Of a stretch of DNA of 64,000 bases, positions 39,135 through 49,520 are shown piece by piece. The stretch covers positions 704,001-768,000 of the forward strand of contig OY762721.1 of assembly GCA_963666345.1 (NCBI GenBank). Direction: 5' to 3'. Source of the stretch: Desulfatiglandales bacterium. Its GTDB lineage: Bacteria; Desulfobacterota; DSM-4660; Desulfatiglandales; Desulfatiglandaceae. Numbering within the stretch: the stretch's first letter is position 1; each line of letters starts with the position of its first letter. The notes under the pieces were generated by a model. The model saw only the letters and a list, made by a program, of their open reading frames with translations. It had not been told where the DNA came from and made no database searches. Position numbers and translations under genes: made by a program.

Positions 39135-40760
39135 TTAAGCGGCTTCACGGATCAGGGTCTCCCTGGTTTCCGCAACTTCCGTGCTCTCGATATACTCGTC
39201 AAAAGTCATAAGCCGGTCGATGACGCCGCCGGGGGTGATCTCGATAATCCGGTTTACCACTGTATTCACGAACTCTCGGTCATGGGAGGTAAAAAGGATA
39301 ACCTCTTGAAATTTCAGCAGGCTGTCATTTAAGGACGTGATCGATTCCAGATCAAGGTGATTGGTCGGTTCATCCAGCATCAGGACATTGGATTCCGAAA
39401 GCATCATCCTTGAAAGCATGCAGCGAACCCTTTCCCCGCCTGAGAGCACGTCGATCTTTTTCTTGGCATCATCCCCTGAAAAAAGCATACGACCCAGGAA
39501 GGTCCTGGCGAAACTTTCGCCCTCCGTGGGGGGCGCGAACTGCAGTAACCACTCGATAAGGGTTTTTTCGCCCTTGAAATACACGCTGTGTTCCTTGGGA
39601 AAATAGGATGGGGTAATGGTGACGCCCCAGGAAAACGTGCCGCTGTCCGGTTTTATCTCACCGGCCAAGATCCGGAAAAGGGTTGTCTTGGCAAGGCTGT
39701 TTTTACCCATAAAAGCGATCTTATCCCCGTTGTTTACTATAAAACTTATATTGTTCAGTACCTTCTCGCCATCTATGGTTTTGGTGAGTCCCTTTACCTC
39801 CAGGATCACTTTACCGCAGGGCCGTTCCGGCTTAAAGGATATAAAGGGATACTTTCTCGACGATACGGGCATGTCCTCGATGGTGAGTTTCTCCAGGAGT
39901 TTCTTCCGCGAGGTTGCCTGCTTTGATTTGGAGGCATTGGAACTGAACCGCCGTATAAAAGACTTCAGTTCATCGGCCCTGTTCGCGATTTTCTTGTTAT
40001 CCGCCTGTTTCTGTCTCAGATGCAGCCGGCTGGCCTGGTACCAAAAATCATAGTTGCCCATGTACACCGAGATTTTGCCAAAATCGATGTCTGCGATATG
40101 AGTGCACGCCTGGTTCATGAAATGACGGTCGTGTGATACCACGATGACCGTATTCTGAAACCTGTAAAGAAACTCCTCAAGCCAGGCAATTGACTTGATG
40201 TCAAGATTGTTGGTGGGCTCGTCAAGGAGCAGGACGTCCGGGTTTCCGAACAGGGCCTGGGCAAGGAGCACCCGGACCTTTTCCCCTCCCTCAAGTTCCC
40301 TCATCTTTTTGAGGTGCATCTCTTTGCTAATTCCCAGGCTGTTTAAAAGGACCGCGGCTTCAGTATCCGCCTCATATCCGTTCATCTCTCCAAATTCGGC
40401 CTCAAGCTCACCTGACTTGATTCCGTCTTCTTCGGAAAAATCGGGCTTGGCATAAAGCGCCTCCCTTTCCGTCATAATTTTATACAATTTTTCATGGCCC
40501 ATGATCACCGTGTTTAATACTGCCTCCTCGTCAAAGGCAAAGTGGTCCTGCCTTAAAACCGCAATTCGCTCTCTGGGTCCCACTGAAACTGCCCCCGAGT
40601 CCGGTTCGATATCCCCGGCAAGGATCTTAAGAAACGTGGACTTTCCCGCGCCGTTGGCGCCGATGAGTCCATAGCAGTTGCCCGGTGCAAATTTTATATT
40701 GACATCTTTAAACAAAACCCTCTTTCCGTAGGAGAGGGTGACGTTGGTTGCACAAATCAT
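39135..40760 (-). CDS. ABC-F family ATPase (YbiT-like)
   Basis: Two ABC domains (GANGAGKST, LDEPTN twice, SHDR) and no TM segments. Confidence 0.93.
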   Translation of the reverse strand: MICATNVTLSYGKRVLFKDVNIKFAPGNCYGLIGANGAGKSTFLKILAGDIEPDSGAVSVGPRERIAVLRQDHFAFDEEAVLNTVIMGHEKLYKIMTEREALYAKPDFSEEDGIKSGELEAEFGEMNGYEADTEAAVLLNSLGISKEMHLKKMRELEGGEKVRVLLAQALFGNPDVLLLDEPTNNLDIKSIAWLEEFLYRFQNTVIVVSHDRHFMNQACTHIADIDFGKISVYMGNYDFWYQASRLHLRQKQADNKKIANRADELKSFIRRFSSNASKSKQATSRKKLLEKLTIEDMPVSSRKYPFISFKPERPCGKVILEVKGLTKTIDGEKVLNNISFIVNNGDKIAFMGKNSLAKTTLFRILAGEIKPDSGTFSWGVTITPSYFPKEHSVYFKGEKTLIEWLLQFAPPTEGESFARTFLGRMLFSGDDAKKKIDVLSGGERVRCMLSRMMLSESNVLMLDEPTNHLDLESITSLNDSLLKFQEVILFTSHDREFVNTVVNRIIEITPGGVIDRLMTFDEYIESTEVAETRETLIREAA

Positions 40761-41028
40761 TTTTTTCCCCTTTTCATTAAATAAAAAACCACAGGAATGG
40801 CTCCTGTGGTTTGAAGTAAGGCGGTATCCTATCATCTTTGGAAATTAAAGGGAATCTTTTTTTCTCAGGCCCTAAAAGGCAAAGCGGTCACAGCTGCCTT
40901 TGGCTCTTGCCCCCTCTCACGAGCCACCCCTCAAAGCAGCAGGGATTCCCGGCTGAAAGCACCTGCAGACTTGAAACGTGAGTTGTTTATGGACTATATT
41001 AAGTTATGTTTATAAAGGGAGTATTCTC

Positions 41029-41454
41029 ATGAAAAGGGATCAGATAATCAGGATCATTCAGAAAAGGCTCGCGCTTGATGCTTCCGAGTTCCATGCGATT
41101 GAAAATAATCCCAGATTTCAGCGCCTGTTCGACAACGCCCTTGCCGCCTCCAGGTACAGGCTGGTGGCAGAGGTAATCGAATCCAGGGGCTGCCATTCGG
41201 GCCATACCGTGGGGCAGAGGATCATTTTTGATTCCACGGGAAATCTCCTTACCCGGGAGGCACCCGAGCGCGTCTGCTCATTTCTTTTGCCCAATCTGCT
41301 CCTTCTGGTAAACGTCTTTTTTGAAAACCTCATGAGCGGAAGGGACCCTAACGAGGTGATCTTCAACCGCACCGGCTGTTTCGACGTAGGTCCCGCCCGC
41401 GGCGGATGGGGCCATGTGGTAATGGAAATGAGGGCCGTAAAACAGGAGACTTAA
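41029..41454 (+). CDS. Conserved hypothetical Cys/His-containing protein
   Basis: AEV..SRGCHSGH.VG, VC and GCFDVG...GGWG; start follows AAGGGAG. Confidence 0.7.
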   Translation: MKRDQIIRIIQKRLALDASEFHAIENNPRFQRLFDNALAASRYRLVAEVIESRGCHSGHTVGQRIIFDSTGNLLTREAPERVCSFLLPNLLLLVNVFFENLMSGRDPNEVIFNRTGCFDVGPARGGWGHVVMEMRAVKQET

Positions 41455-41496
41455 AGTGCGAGCATATCGGAACCGGAAGGGACGGAAACATCCCTC

Positions 41497-42291
41497 ATGA
41501 AGACCTATGACATAATCCGTTGTGAGGACGGGCTAAGCCGCAGATGCGATCATGAGCTGATTCAGGAAGAGCCCCTTTTGATCCGTGTTGACGGCTCTTC
41601 CTATTCGGTTATCATGCGGACGCCGGGTGAAGAGATACCCCATGCAGCCGGTTTCTGTCTCGGTGAAGGGCTTGTGGATGACCGGAGTGATTTTGCGGCA
41701 ATAGGCTTCTGTGAGGATCTCGACCCGAATGTAGTGGATGTCGGACTCACACCTGAAAGAAGGGAAAAGGCCCATGACATGCTCAATCGAAGGGGCTTTA
41801 TAAGCCAGACAAGCTGCGGCATCTGCGGAAAAGAGATGTTGAAGGACCTGTACCAGATCCTGACGCCCATAGAAGAGGATACCAAAATCGAGCTTGGCAG
41901 GGTCTTTGCCTGTATTGACATGCTTTCGAAAAATCAGATCTATTACCACAAGACCCGGGGCTGCCATGCCGCGATGCTCTTGGATTCCCGTTTTGACACA
42001 TTGTCTTTTGCCGAAGATGTCGGCAGGCATAACGCCCTGGACAAGGCAATCGGGAAGCTCGTACTTGGTGGAGTTCTGCCGGATGCCTCAGTTCTGATTC
42101 TATCTTCCAGGATAAGTTACGAACTGGTGCAGAAGGCGGCCCGGGCCCGCCTGCCCGTTATAGTAGGCCTGTCCCGGCCTACGGCCCTTGCCGTTGAAAT
42201 GGGCCGGTCTCTTAATATGACCCTGGCATGCACTGCAAAGGATTCCGAGCTGATAATTTTTTGTGGAGAAAAACGGATTATAAGAAAATAG
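41497..42291 (+). CDS. fdhD: Formate dehydrogenase accessory sulfurtransferase FdhD
   Basis: EEPL, MRTPG, SCGICG, EDVGRHNALDK and SSRISYELVQK motifs. Confidence 0.95.
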   Translation: MKTYDIIRCEDGLSRRCDHELIQEEPLLIRVDGSSYSVIMRTPGEEIPHAAGFCLGEGLVDDRSDFAAIGFCEDLDPNVVDVGLTPERREKAHDMLNRRGFISQTSCGICGKEMLKDLYQILTPIEEDTKIELGRVFACIDMLSKNQIYYHKTRGCHAAMLLDSRFDTLSFAEDVGRHNALDKAIGKLVLGGVLPDASVLILSSRISYELVQKAARARLPVIVGLSRPTALAVEMGRSLNMTLACTAKDSELIIFCGEKRIIRK

Positions 42292-42293
42292 TA

Positions 42294-42884
42294 TTAAGTT
42301 GAAGGAAAATAAAGCGCCCTGGTTAAAACATAGGCTGCCTGCAGGGCCTCTGTAGGGCAAAGCGGAAAGCATTCCTTGCAGTCCCAGCACTCCTTGGCCG
42401 CTATCTCCGGGATGAAATTTATTTCTTTTCTCGTTCCTCTGTCTACAAATCCGACAGCGAACTTCTTTTTTACCTCTGCGCAGTATCTTACACAGAGACC
42501 GCAATGGATGCAAAATGAGGCCTCTTTTTCAAAACGGTCTTTGTCTGCTCCATACTCTTTAGCCAGCTCCTTCAATTCAAAGGCATCCGGCGCGTGAGCC
42601 AGCAGCAGCTCCAGGATTAATTTTCGAATTCTATCCACCTTCTCGGATCTGGTTCTCACTATCAGATCCTGTTCCACCGGAAAAAGGCAGGAAGCAACGA
42701 GCCTTGTCCGGCCGCCGATTTCCGCCTCTACCGTGCAGATCCGGCAACCCCCGTAAGGCTCCAGTTTCTCGTGGTGGCAAAGTGTCGGGATAAATATACC
42801 CACACTTTGTGCCGCCTCCAAAATGGTCATTCCTTGGGTGGCTTTGACCTTTTTTCCATCAATCTTTAAAAGAATTTCACTCAT
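42294..42884 (-). CDS. bamI: Class II BCR subunit BamI (NuoG N-terminal-like Fe-S protein)
   Basis: IPTLC, GGCRIC, CIHCGLC and CWDCKEC motifs; operon position. Confidence 0.88.
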   Translation of the reverse strand: MSEILLKIDGKKVKATQGMTILEAAQSVGIFIPTLCHHEKLEPYGGCRICTVEAEIGGRTRLVASCLFPVEQDLIVRTRSEKVDRIRKLILELLLAHAPDAFELKELAKEYGADKDRFEKEASFCIHCGLCVRYCAEVKKKFAVGFVDRGTRKEINFIPEIAAKECWDCKECFPLCPTEALQAAYVLTRALYFPST

Positions 42885-44809
42885 TTTTGTTTACTCTTTC
42901 TGGCTATGGTTCTTTCCTCTTCAGGGATAGAAGGCGGTACAGGCTCGCCGGAAATCTTTTTAACCGCAGAAAAACGAGACGGGCAGACTTCAAAGCAGGT
43001 TCCGCACTTTGTGCATTTGTCCTGGTCGATTACATGGATCATATTCTTGCCTCCGATAATGGCCCCGGCAGGGCACTTCCTGCCGCAGATCATACAGGCC
43101 AGGCACTTATCCGGATCAATATGAAACGAGATCAGCTCCTTGCACGAAAGAGCCGGGCACCGCTTCTCCTTGATGTGCGCCTCATACTCTTCTCTGAAGT
43201 AGCGCAATGTGCTTAAAAACGGGTTGGCCGCACTCTTTCCCAGGGCACAAAGGGAGGCCTCGCTCAGCAGTTCGGCTAACTCCTCCAAGAGCTCGATATC
43301 GCCCTCCCTTCCCTTTCCCAGGGTGATATTGGTGAGGATCTTGAGCATCTGCCTCATGCCTTCACGGCACGGCACGCATTTACCGCACGATTCATCGGTG
43401 AGGAAGTCAAGGAAGTACCTTGACACATCAACCATGCAGGTATCTTCATCCATTATAATCATCCCACCTGAGCCCATCATTGAACCGGCCTTGGTGAGTT
43501 CATCGAAACCGACTTCCAAATCCAGCAGTTCCTCAGGGATACATCCTCCGGACGGCCCTCCGGTCTGCACCGCCTTGAATCTCTTTCCCCCTGGGATTCC
43601 ACCTCCTATCTTGTAGATAATATCTCTCAGGGTAGTGCCCATGGGTACTTCCACAAGGCCTGTATTGGTTATCTTACCGACCAGGGAGAAGATCTTCGTG
43701 CCCTTGCTTTTTTCGGTTCCGAATTGATTAAACCAGTCAGCGCCTTTATTGATGATAAGCGGCACATTGGCCCATGTCTCGACATTGTTCAAAACGCTCG
43801 GTTTATCCCACAGGCCCTTGACGTTTGAGCGGATATACTTGGGTCTGGGCTCTCCGGCCCTGCCTTCCAAAGCAGTCATCAGGGCGGTGGATTCACCGCA
43901 GACGAAGGCGCCGGCCCCCTGGTGCACTTTGACGATGAAATCAAAGCCTGAGCCGAGGATGTTTTCCCCGAGAAAGCCATACTCCTCGGCATTCCGGATA
44001 GCGAGGTTCACATTTTCAACCGCTAAGGGATATTCCTGTCGAACATAGATATAGCCCTCGTGGGAGCCGATGGCATAGGCGCCTATGGTCAACCCCTCCA
44101 GGATTGAATGAGGATTTCCCTCAAGAAGGCTCCTGTCCATATAAGCACCCGGGTCCCCTTCGTCCGCGTTGACGATCACATATTTTGTTTCATCAGGGGC
44201 ATCGCGGGATCCCTCCCACTTTCTCCCTGCGGGAAAGCCGCCGCCGCCCCTGCCTCGCAGGTTGGATTTCTTGACTTCCTCAACCACCTCCTCCGAGGTC
44301 ATCTCAGACAGGACCCTGGCCAATGCGGAATACCCTCCGATTGCCAGATAGTCATCAATGCTCTTGGGATCGATATTACCGTTTGAGCCGAAAACAAGCC
44401 GTTTCTGGTTCTTGTAAAAGGGGATTTCAGATTCATGAACTATCTTTTCATTGGTTTCGGGGTCGGTATAGAGCAACCGCTCTATGACCTTCTTTTCTTT
44501 TATGGTCTGGGAGACGATTTCAGGGACATCCTCAGGCTTTATTTGCAGGTAGCATATTTCCTCAGGGTGAATAACGATAATAGGACCCCTCTCACAAAAA
44601 CCATGGCAACCGGTCTTCCTGATTTCGACCTCATCACTTAAGCCCTGTTTCTTTATCTCCTCTTCAAGACTCCGGGCCACATCACTGCTGCCGGAGGCAT
44701 GGCAGGCAGATCCGGAACAGAGTGTAATACAGGGCTTATTCGGGTCTCTTTTCGACAATATGCCCTTTCTTAATTCTTCCAATTCAGAGGGCGAATTTAA
44801 CCGTGGCAT
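42881..44809 (-). CDS. bamH: Class II BCR subunit BamH (NuoF-like NADH-binding flavoprotein)
   Basis: LRGRGGGGFP, NADEGDPG, FVCGES and ESCGKCVPCREG motifs; C-terminal ferredoxin. Confidence 0.9.
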   Translation of the reverse strand: MPRLNSPSELEELRKGILSKRDPNKPCITLCSGSACHASGSSDVARSLEEEIKKQGLSDEVEIRKTGCHGFCERGPIIVIHPEEICYLQIKPEDVPEIVSQTIKEKKVIERLLYTDPETNEKIVHESEIPFYKNQKRLVFGSNGNIDPKSIDDYLAIGGYSALARVLSEMTSEEVVEEVKKSNLRGRGGGGFPAGRKWEGSRDAPDETKYVIVNADEGDPGAYMDRSLLEGNPHSILEGLTIGAYAIGSHEGYIYVRQEYPLAVENVNLAIRNAEEYGFLGENILGSGFDFIVKVHQGAGAFVCGESTALMTALEGRAGEPRPKYIRSNVKGLWDKPSVLNNVETWANVPLIINKGADWFNQFGTEKSKGTKIFSLVGKITNTGLVEVPMGTTLRDIIYKIGGGIPGGKRFKAVQTGGPSGGCIPEELLDLEVGFDELTKAGSMMGSGGMIIMDEDTCMVDVSRYFLDFLTDESCGKCVPCREGMRQMLKILTNITLGKGREGDIELLEELAELLSEASLCALGKSAANPFLSTLRYFREEYEAHIKEKRCPALSCKELISFHIDPDKCLACMICGRKCPAGAIIGGKNMIHVIDQDKCTKCGTCFEVCPSRFSAVKKISGEPVPPSIPEEERTIARKSKQK

Positions 44810-44818
44810 AATTTTACC

Positions 44819-45292
44819 TTATTCGTAGTTTTTTAAAACACCCGCCGTCCCGGCCGGAGTCATCTTACCATGAGTCTTACCGTCGATTTCCATCACCGGT
44901 CCCAAAGCGCAGCAGCCGAGGCAGTTAACGGTCTCCAGGCTGAATTTTAAATCCAGGTCCGTTTCACCCGGTTTAATTCCTGTCAGTTCCTGCATTGCGT
45001 CGAGCACACGCGGCGCCCCTCGAACATGACAGGCGGTGCCCATACAGATGTGAATCTCATGACGTCCCTTCGGAACCAGGCTGAAGGCCTTGTAAAAGGT
45101 AGCGATATGCTGTATCCGGGTTAAAGGGACCTCAAGTTTTTCGCTGACCCTGTCTAATGCCTCCTTGGGAAGCCAGTGATTTTCACTCTGAATGTCCAGT
45201 AATACCTGAATAAGGGAACTGGCTTCGCCTTTATGTTTGTCAATAATCTGATCGATTCTGCCGTTATCCATGGTCGCAGTCCTTATCCTCAT
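44819..45292 (-). CDS. bamG: Class II BCR subunit BamG (NuoE-like 2Fe-2S)
   Basis: CMGTAC...CLGCC motif. Confidence 0.9.
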   Translation of the reverse strand: MRIRTATMDNGRIDQIIDKHKGEASSLIQVLLDIQSENHWLPKEALDRVSEKLEVPLTRIQHIATFYKAFSLVPKGRHEIHICMGTACHVRGAPRVLDAMQELTGIKPGETDLDLKFSLETVNCLGCCALGPVMEIDGKTHGKMTPAGTAGVLKNYE

Positions 45293-45300
45293 CTTTCACC

Positions 45301-46068
45301 CTAGGCCAGGGCAAAACGTTTTCCGCCTTCATCGTACCTGACAAATCCCTGTCTTGAGGAACTGTTCATGTGTCTTGATACTTCAGATGGGTTCAGTCCC
45401 AGAATTTCAGAGATTTCTCCCGTTGAAAGGGGTTTTTCCCTGAGTAGCGACAAAATCTGGCTTATTGCCAGTTTTTCCGCGATTAATTCATTAAACAACC
45501 TGTCTAGCTCGTCACCGCCGAAAAATTTTCTATAGGTCTCTTTCGATTTGACAGGAACTCTCAGTCTCTCCCTTTCCACCAGTTTGATGTAAGGGACCAA
45601 CCTATTAACCGCTTCAAGTTTAAACCTTAACCCGTTTTCATCTATCCCTTCGCTCGTGCCGAGCGGCCCCAGTTCCTTGATTTTTCTTCCAAAATCGCTG
45701 ACAACCTCCGTAAACAGGATCCCGTCACCGGAAGACATAAATTCAATCCTTAACCGTTCAGGGTTAAGGCCTATCTGTTCCATTATTTTTCTGCATAAGA
45801 GCACCATGCCCAATGCATCGTAATTTCCCTGAGTAATGTAATTACATTCATTAAGACGGCAGCCGCCTATAAACACCCCGTCCATTCCGTTCAAAAAGGC
45901 CCGGATTACAAATGCCATGTCAACCCTGCCGGAACACATGACACGAATAAGCCTGGTCTCGGTCGTATATTGTAGCCTGGAAACTCCAGCCATATCAGCA
46001 GCGCCGTAAGCTCACCAATGGCATACGAAACCTAATATCCTGGGTTTAAATTTGGCTCCTGCGCTCAT
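45301..46068 (-). CDS. bamF: Class II BCR subunit BamF (MvhD-like selenoprotein with C-terminal wHTH)
   Basis: The ORF extends through an in-frame TGA (46012-46014): MSAGAKFKPRILGFVCHW-U-AYGAADMAG. Also RVMCSGR and GCRLNEC motifs. Confidence 0.9.
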
Positions 46069-46201
46069 GTGTTTTCACCTCTTTTATTGCTCATTGAAAA
46101 ACAAAGGCTGTCAGACCTTTATCAAAGACAGTACGCCTTGCACCCTGTCCCTTGAGCCTGTTAATCAGTCCTCACCCAAAATTATCCTTTTACGGATTCG
46201 C

Positions 46202-46316
46202 GCTTTCAGCAGTCAGATTTCAGCGATCAGCAAAAAATGCATATCGACTAATTGGGCTGAGTGCTGATAGCTGATAGCTGGACGTCCCATCCTGAAATCT
46301 CTGATTTCCGGATGGG
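46202..46316. repeat. Inverted 7-mer arrays plus GC hairpin between bamE and bamF
   Basis: (GCNNTCA)x4 ... (GCTGANN)x3-4, then CCCATCCTGAAATC-TCT-GATTTCCGGATGGG. Confidence 0.7.
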
Positions 46317-46322
46317 CGTTAA

Positions 46323-49300
46323 TTACACATCTCCAACAGCGGCATCCATTTGACGAATAATCTCCTCATCTGAAACCGCCGCATCGATCTGGCTGAAGAT
46401 TTCATCATTGGTAAAGTGCTTTAGAAAAATGGCGTTTGTCGGGCACTTGGCGTTGCACACACCATCTCCTTTACAGAGAACGGGATTAACCCACGCCTTT
46501 CTGCCTTGAGTTGTATCACGAAACTCTATGGCGCCGTAGGAACAAGCCGTAATACATGCCCCGCACGATACGCAATCATCCTCCCTTACCTCGCAGACGG
46601 AACCGGAGGCAGTGACTGAATCCTGTGAGAGAAGGGCAATGGCGCGCCCGGCAGCCCCATAGGACTGGTTAATAGCCTCAGATATATGTTTGGGGTAGTG
46701 GGCTGTTCCACACAGAAAGACACCTTCCGTGGCAAAATCAACAGGTCTTAATTTGACATGGGCTTCCTTGAAAAAACCATCCGGCCCTAGAGTGACCTTG
46801 AACAGTTCAGATACTTCTTTGCTTTTCTTTGAAGGAATAACCGCTGCAGATAAAACAAGATAATCCGCTTCAACAGCCAGCTTCCGGCCTAAGATCGGAT
46901 CAGTTACAGCCACCCTTAAAACCGGCCCTCCCTCTCCCTCGGCAGGCTCCACCTCGGGCTTGTCATCCGGCTCATAACGGATAAACTTCACATCCTTTTC
47001 CGAGGCTTCACGGTAATAATCCTCCATTAGCCCGTACGTTCTCATATCCCGAAACAGGACATAGATATCCATGCCGGGGTTTATTTCCTTCAATTTCAAG
47101 GCGTTCTTTACGGCCTGGCTGCAACATACCCTGGCGCAATAATTTCTCTCTTCATTTCTGCAGCCTACACATTGAATCATCACGACAGTTTGTGCATTAA
47201 CCAGTTTTTCGTTTTCTTCGAAGATCTGTTCCTCCAGCTCCAGCTGGGTCATGACCCTTTCATCTTCATCATAAAGGTATTCAGTGGGTCTGTATTCATC
47301 AGCACCAACAGCAATGACGGCCGCCCCATGTTTTATCTCAGTTAGACCTCTTTCCGATTTTACCCTGGTTACGAAGTTCCCGACATAACCGGCAGCATCC
47401 GTAATAGAGCTATTAAGGTATACATGTATCAAGGGATGCTGATAAACCTTCCGTACAAGATCACGTAAATATGCCTGAACATCCAGCCCTTCCAGGGTGT
47501 AATGGATCCTTCTTGCTATTCCCCCTAAGTCCGACTCCTTTTCCACCAAGTAAACCTCATGCCCCTGCCTGGCTATGGACAGAGCACAATTCATGCCGGC
47601 GATACCTCCCCCCACCACTAACGCGGTCTTGTTTACCGGCAGATCAATTTCCTGCAAAGATTCCAGATGGCACGCTCGAGCTGTTCCCATTCGTACCAGA
47701 TCCTTTGCCTTTTGGGTGGACTCTTCAGGTTCTTTGGAGTGGACCCAGGAGTTATGCTCCCTGATATTAGTCATTTCCAGAAGATATTGATTGATTCCCG
47801 CTTCCCGGACGGTGTCCCGGAACAGCGGTTCAAGTGTCCTCGGACTGCAGGCGGCGACAACCACTCGATTAAGCCCTTTTTCCTTTGCAATATCTGCTAT
47901 TTCTTTGGCGGAATTGGTGGTACATGAAAAGAGCTGCTCCTGAGCGTAGGCAACATTAGGCAGGGTCAAGGCATAGTCAACCACGGAAGTAACATCCACC
48001 ACCCTCCCGATATTGGCGCCGCAATGACACACAAAAACTCCTACCCTCGGCTTTTCTTCTGACACATCCCTTTCAGCGGGATATATCCTTTCCTGTGTCA
48101 GTTTCCCCCTTCTGTAGTCGAGGATCTCACCACACTGGGATCCGGCTCCGCTGGCCGTAATGACGGACTCGGGGATGTCCAGCGGGCCCTGAAAGGCTCC
48201 GCTCACAAAAATTCCCGGACAGGATGTCTCAATCGGATTAACGGGATTGGTTTTACAGAAGTTGTGAGAAGTAAGCTCTATTTTGAACATTTCCGCCAGC
48301 TCATTATGATCGGCAGGAGGATTTAATCCGACAGACAACACCACCAGATCGAATTCTTCCTCTTTTACCCCCTCGTCGGAAGTAGCATATCTTAGGGTCA
48401 CATTCCTGGTTCCGGGGATCTCTTTTCCTATTGATACGTAGCTTCTTACAAACCTGACGCCCGGCAGATCAGCGGCCCGTTGATAATATGTCTCAAAGTC
48501 CTTGCCATGGGAACGAATATCGTTGTGGAATATGGTACAGTCCACATCAGGATAATGATCTTTCGTCAAAAGCACCTGTTTCTGGGTATAGGTGCAACAT
48601 ACGGCCGAACAATAGCTGTTATCCCCCTCGGTAACCCGTCTTGAACCTACGCATTGGATCCATGCTATCTTATGGGGATGTTTATCGTCTGAAGGCCTCC
48701 TTACCTCACCCTCATATGGTCCGGTCGCAGACAGTAACCGTTCAAAGTCAAGACTGGTTACCACGTTCGGCATCGTTCGATAGCCATACTCATCGTTCAC
48801 CCCGGGATCAAACGGCTCAAAGCCCGGAGACAGGAGTATCGCTCCTACCTTTACTTCCATCTTTTCCGGCTGCTGGCTGAAATCTATGGCGCCGTTCTCA
48901 CAAACCGCTTCACAAATACGGCATTTCTTCTCTTTAAGATAGAGACAGTTTTCATCTATATAGCTGATAAGAGGAACTGCTATGGAAAAGTATATATGGA
49001 CGGCCTTATTCGTGGACAATTCCTGATTATACGGATCAGGAATCAAAACCGGGCAGTATTCGGCACAGGTGGCACAGCCGGTACACTTATCCTCGATAAT
49101 GTATCTGGGCTTTTTTATCAGGGTTACCCTGAAATCACCCTTTTGCCCTTCTACGTCTTCAACTTCCGTATAGGTCAGTATTTCGATATTTGCATGACGG
49201 TCGGCCTCGACCATTTTGGGTGCAAGTATTCATGTGGAGCACTCATTGGTGGGGAACGTCTTGTCAAGCTGACCCATATGGCCGCCGACCGACGGTCCCT

Positions 49301-49445
49301 TCTCGATCAAATAGACCTTAAAACCGGCAGTGGCAAGATCAAGAGAGGCCTGAATCCCGCTGATCCCTCCTCCCACAACCATTACGTCTGCAAAATTACC
49401 TGATCCAAGACCTTTACGAAGCTGTTCAATTTGTTCTTTTCCCAC
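46323..49445 (-). CDS. bamE: Class II BCR subunit BamE (tandem HdrA-like flavoprotein), selenocysteine at codon 72
   Basis: The 71-aa and 963-aa ORFs are in frame across TGA 49230-49232: [21 protein letters not shown], matching the HdrA CxxC motif. Two GGG FAD motifs; 1040 aa in total. Confidence 0.9.
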
Positions 49446-49520
49446 GTCCGTCCGCCTTTATCAGATTTAAAGACCCTAAAAATCATCCGTATCCGGAATT
49501 AACCCGTTTCATGATAAGCG

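Noticed and set aside
46323..49445. bamE (and bamF) as nonsense pseudogenes
   Set aside because: Both TGAs fall exactly on conserved Cys positions, stay in frame and are followed by SECIS-like hairpins.
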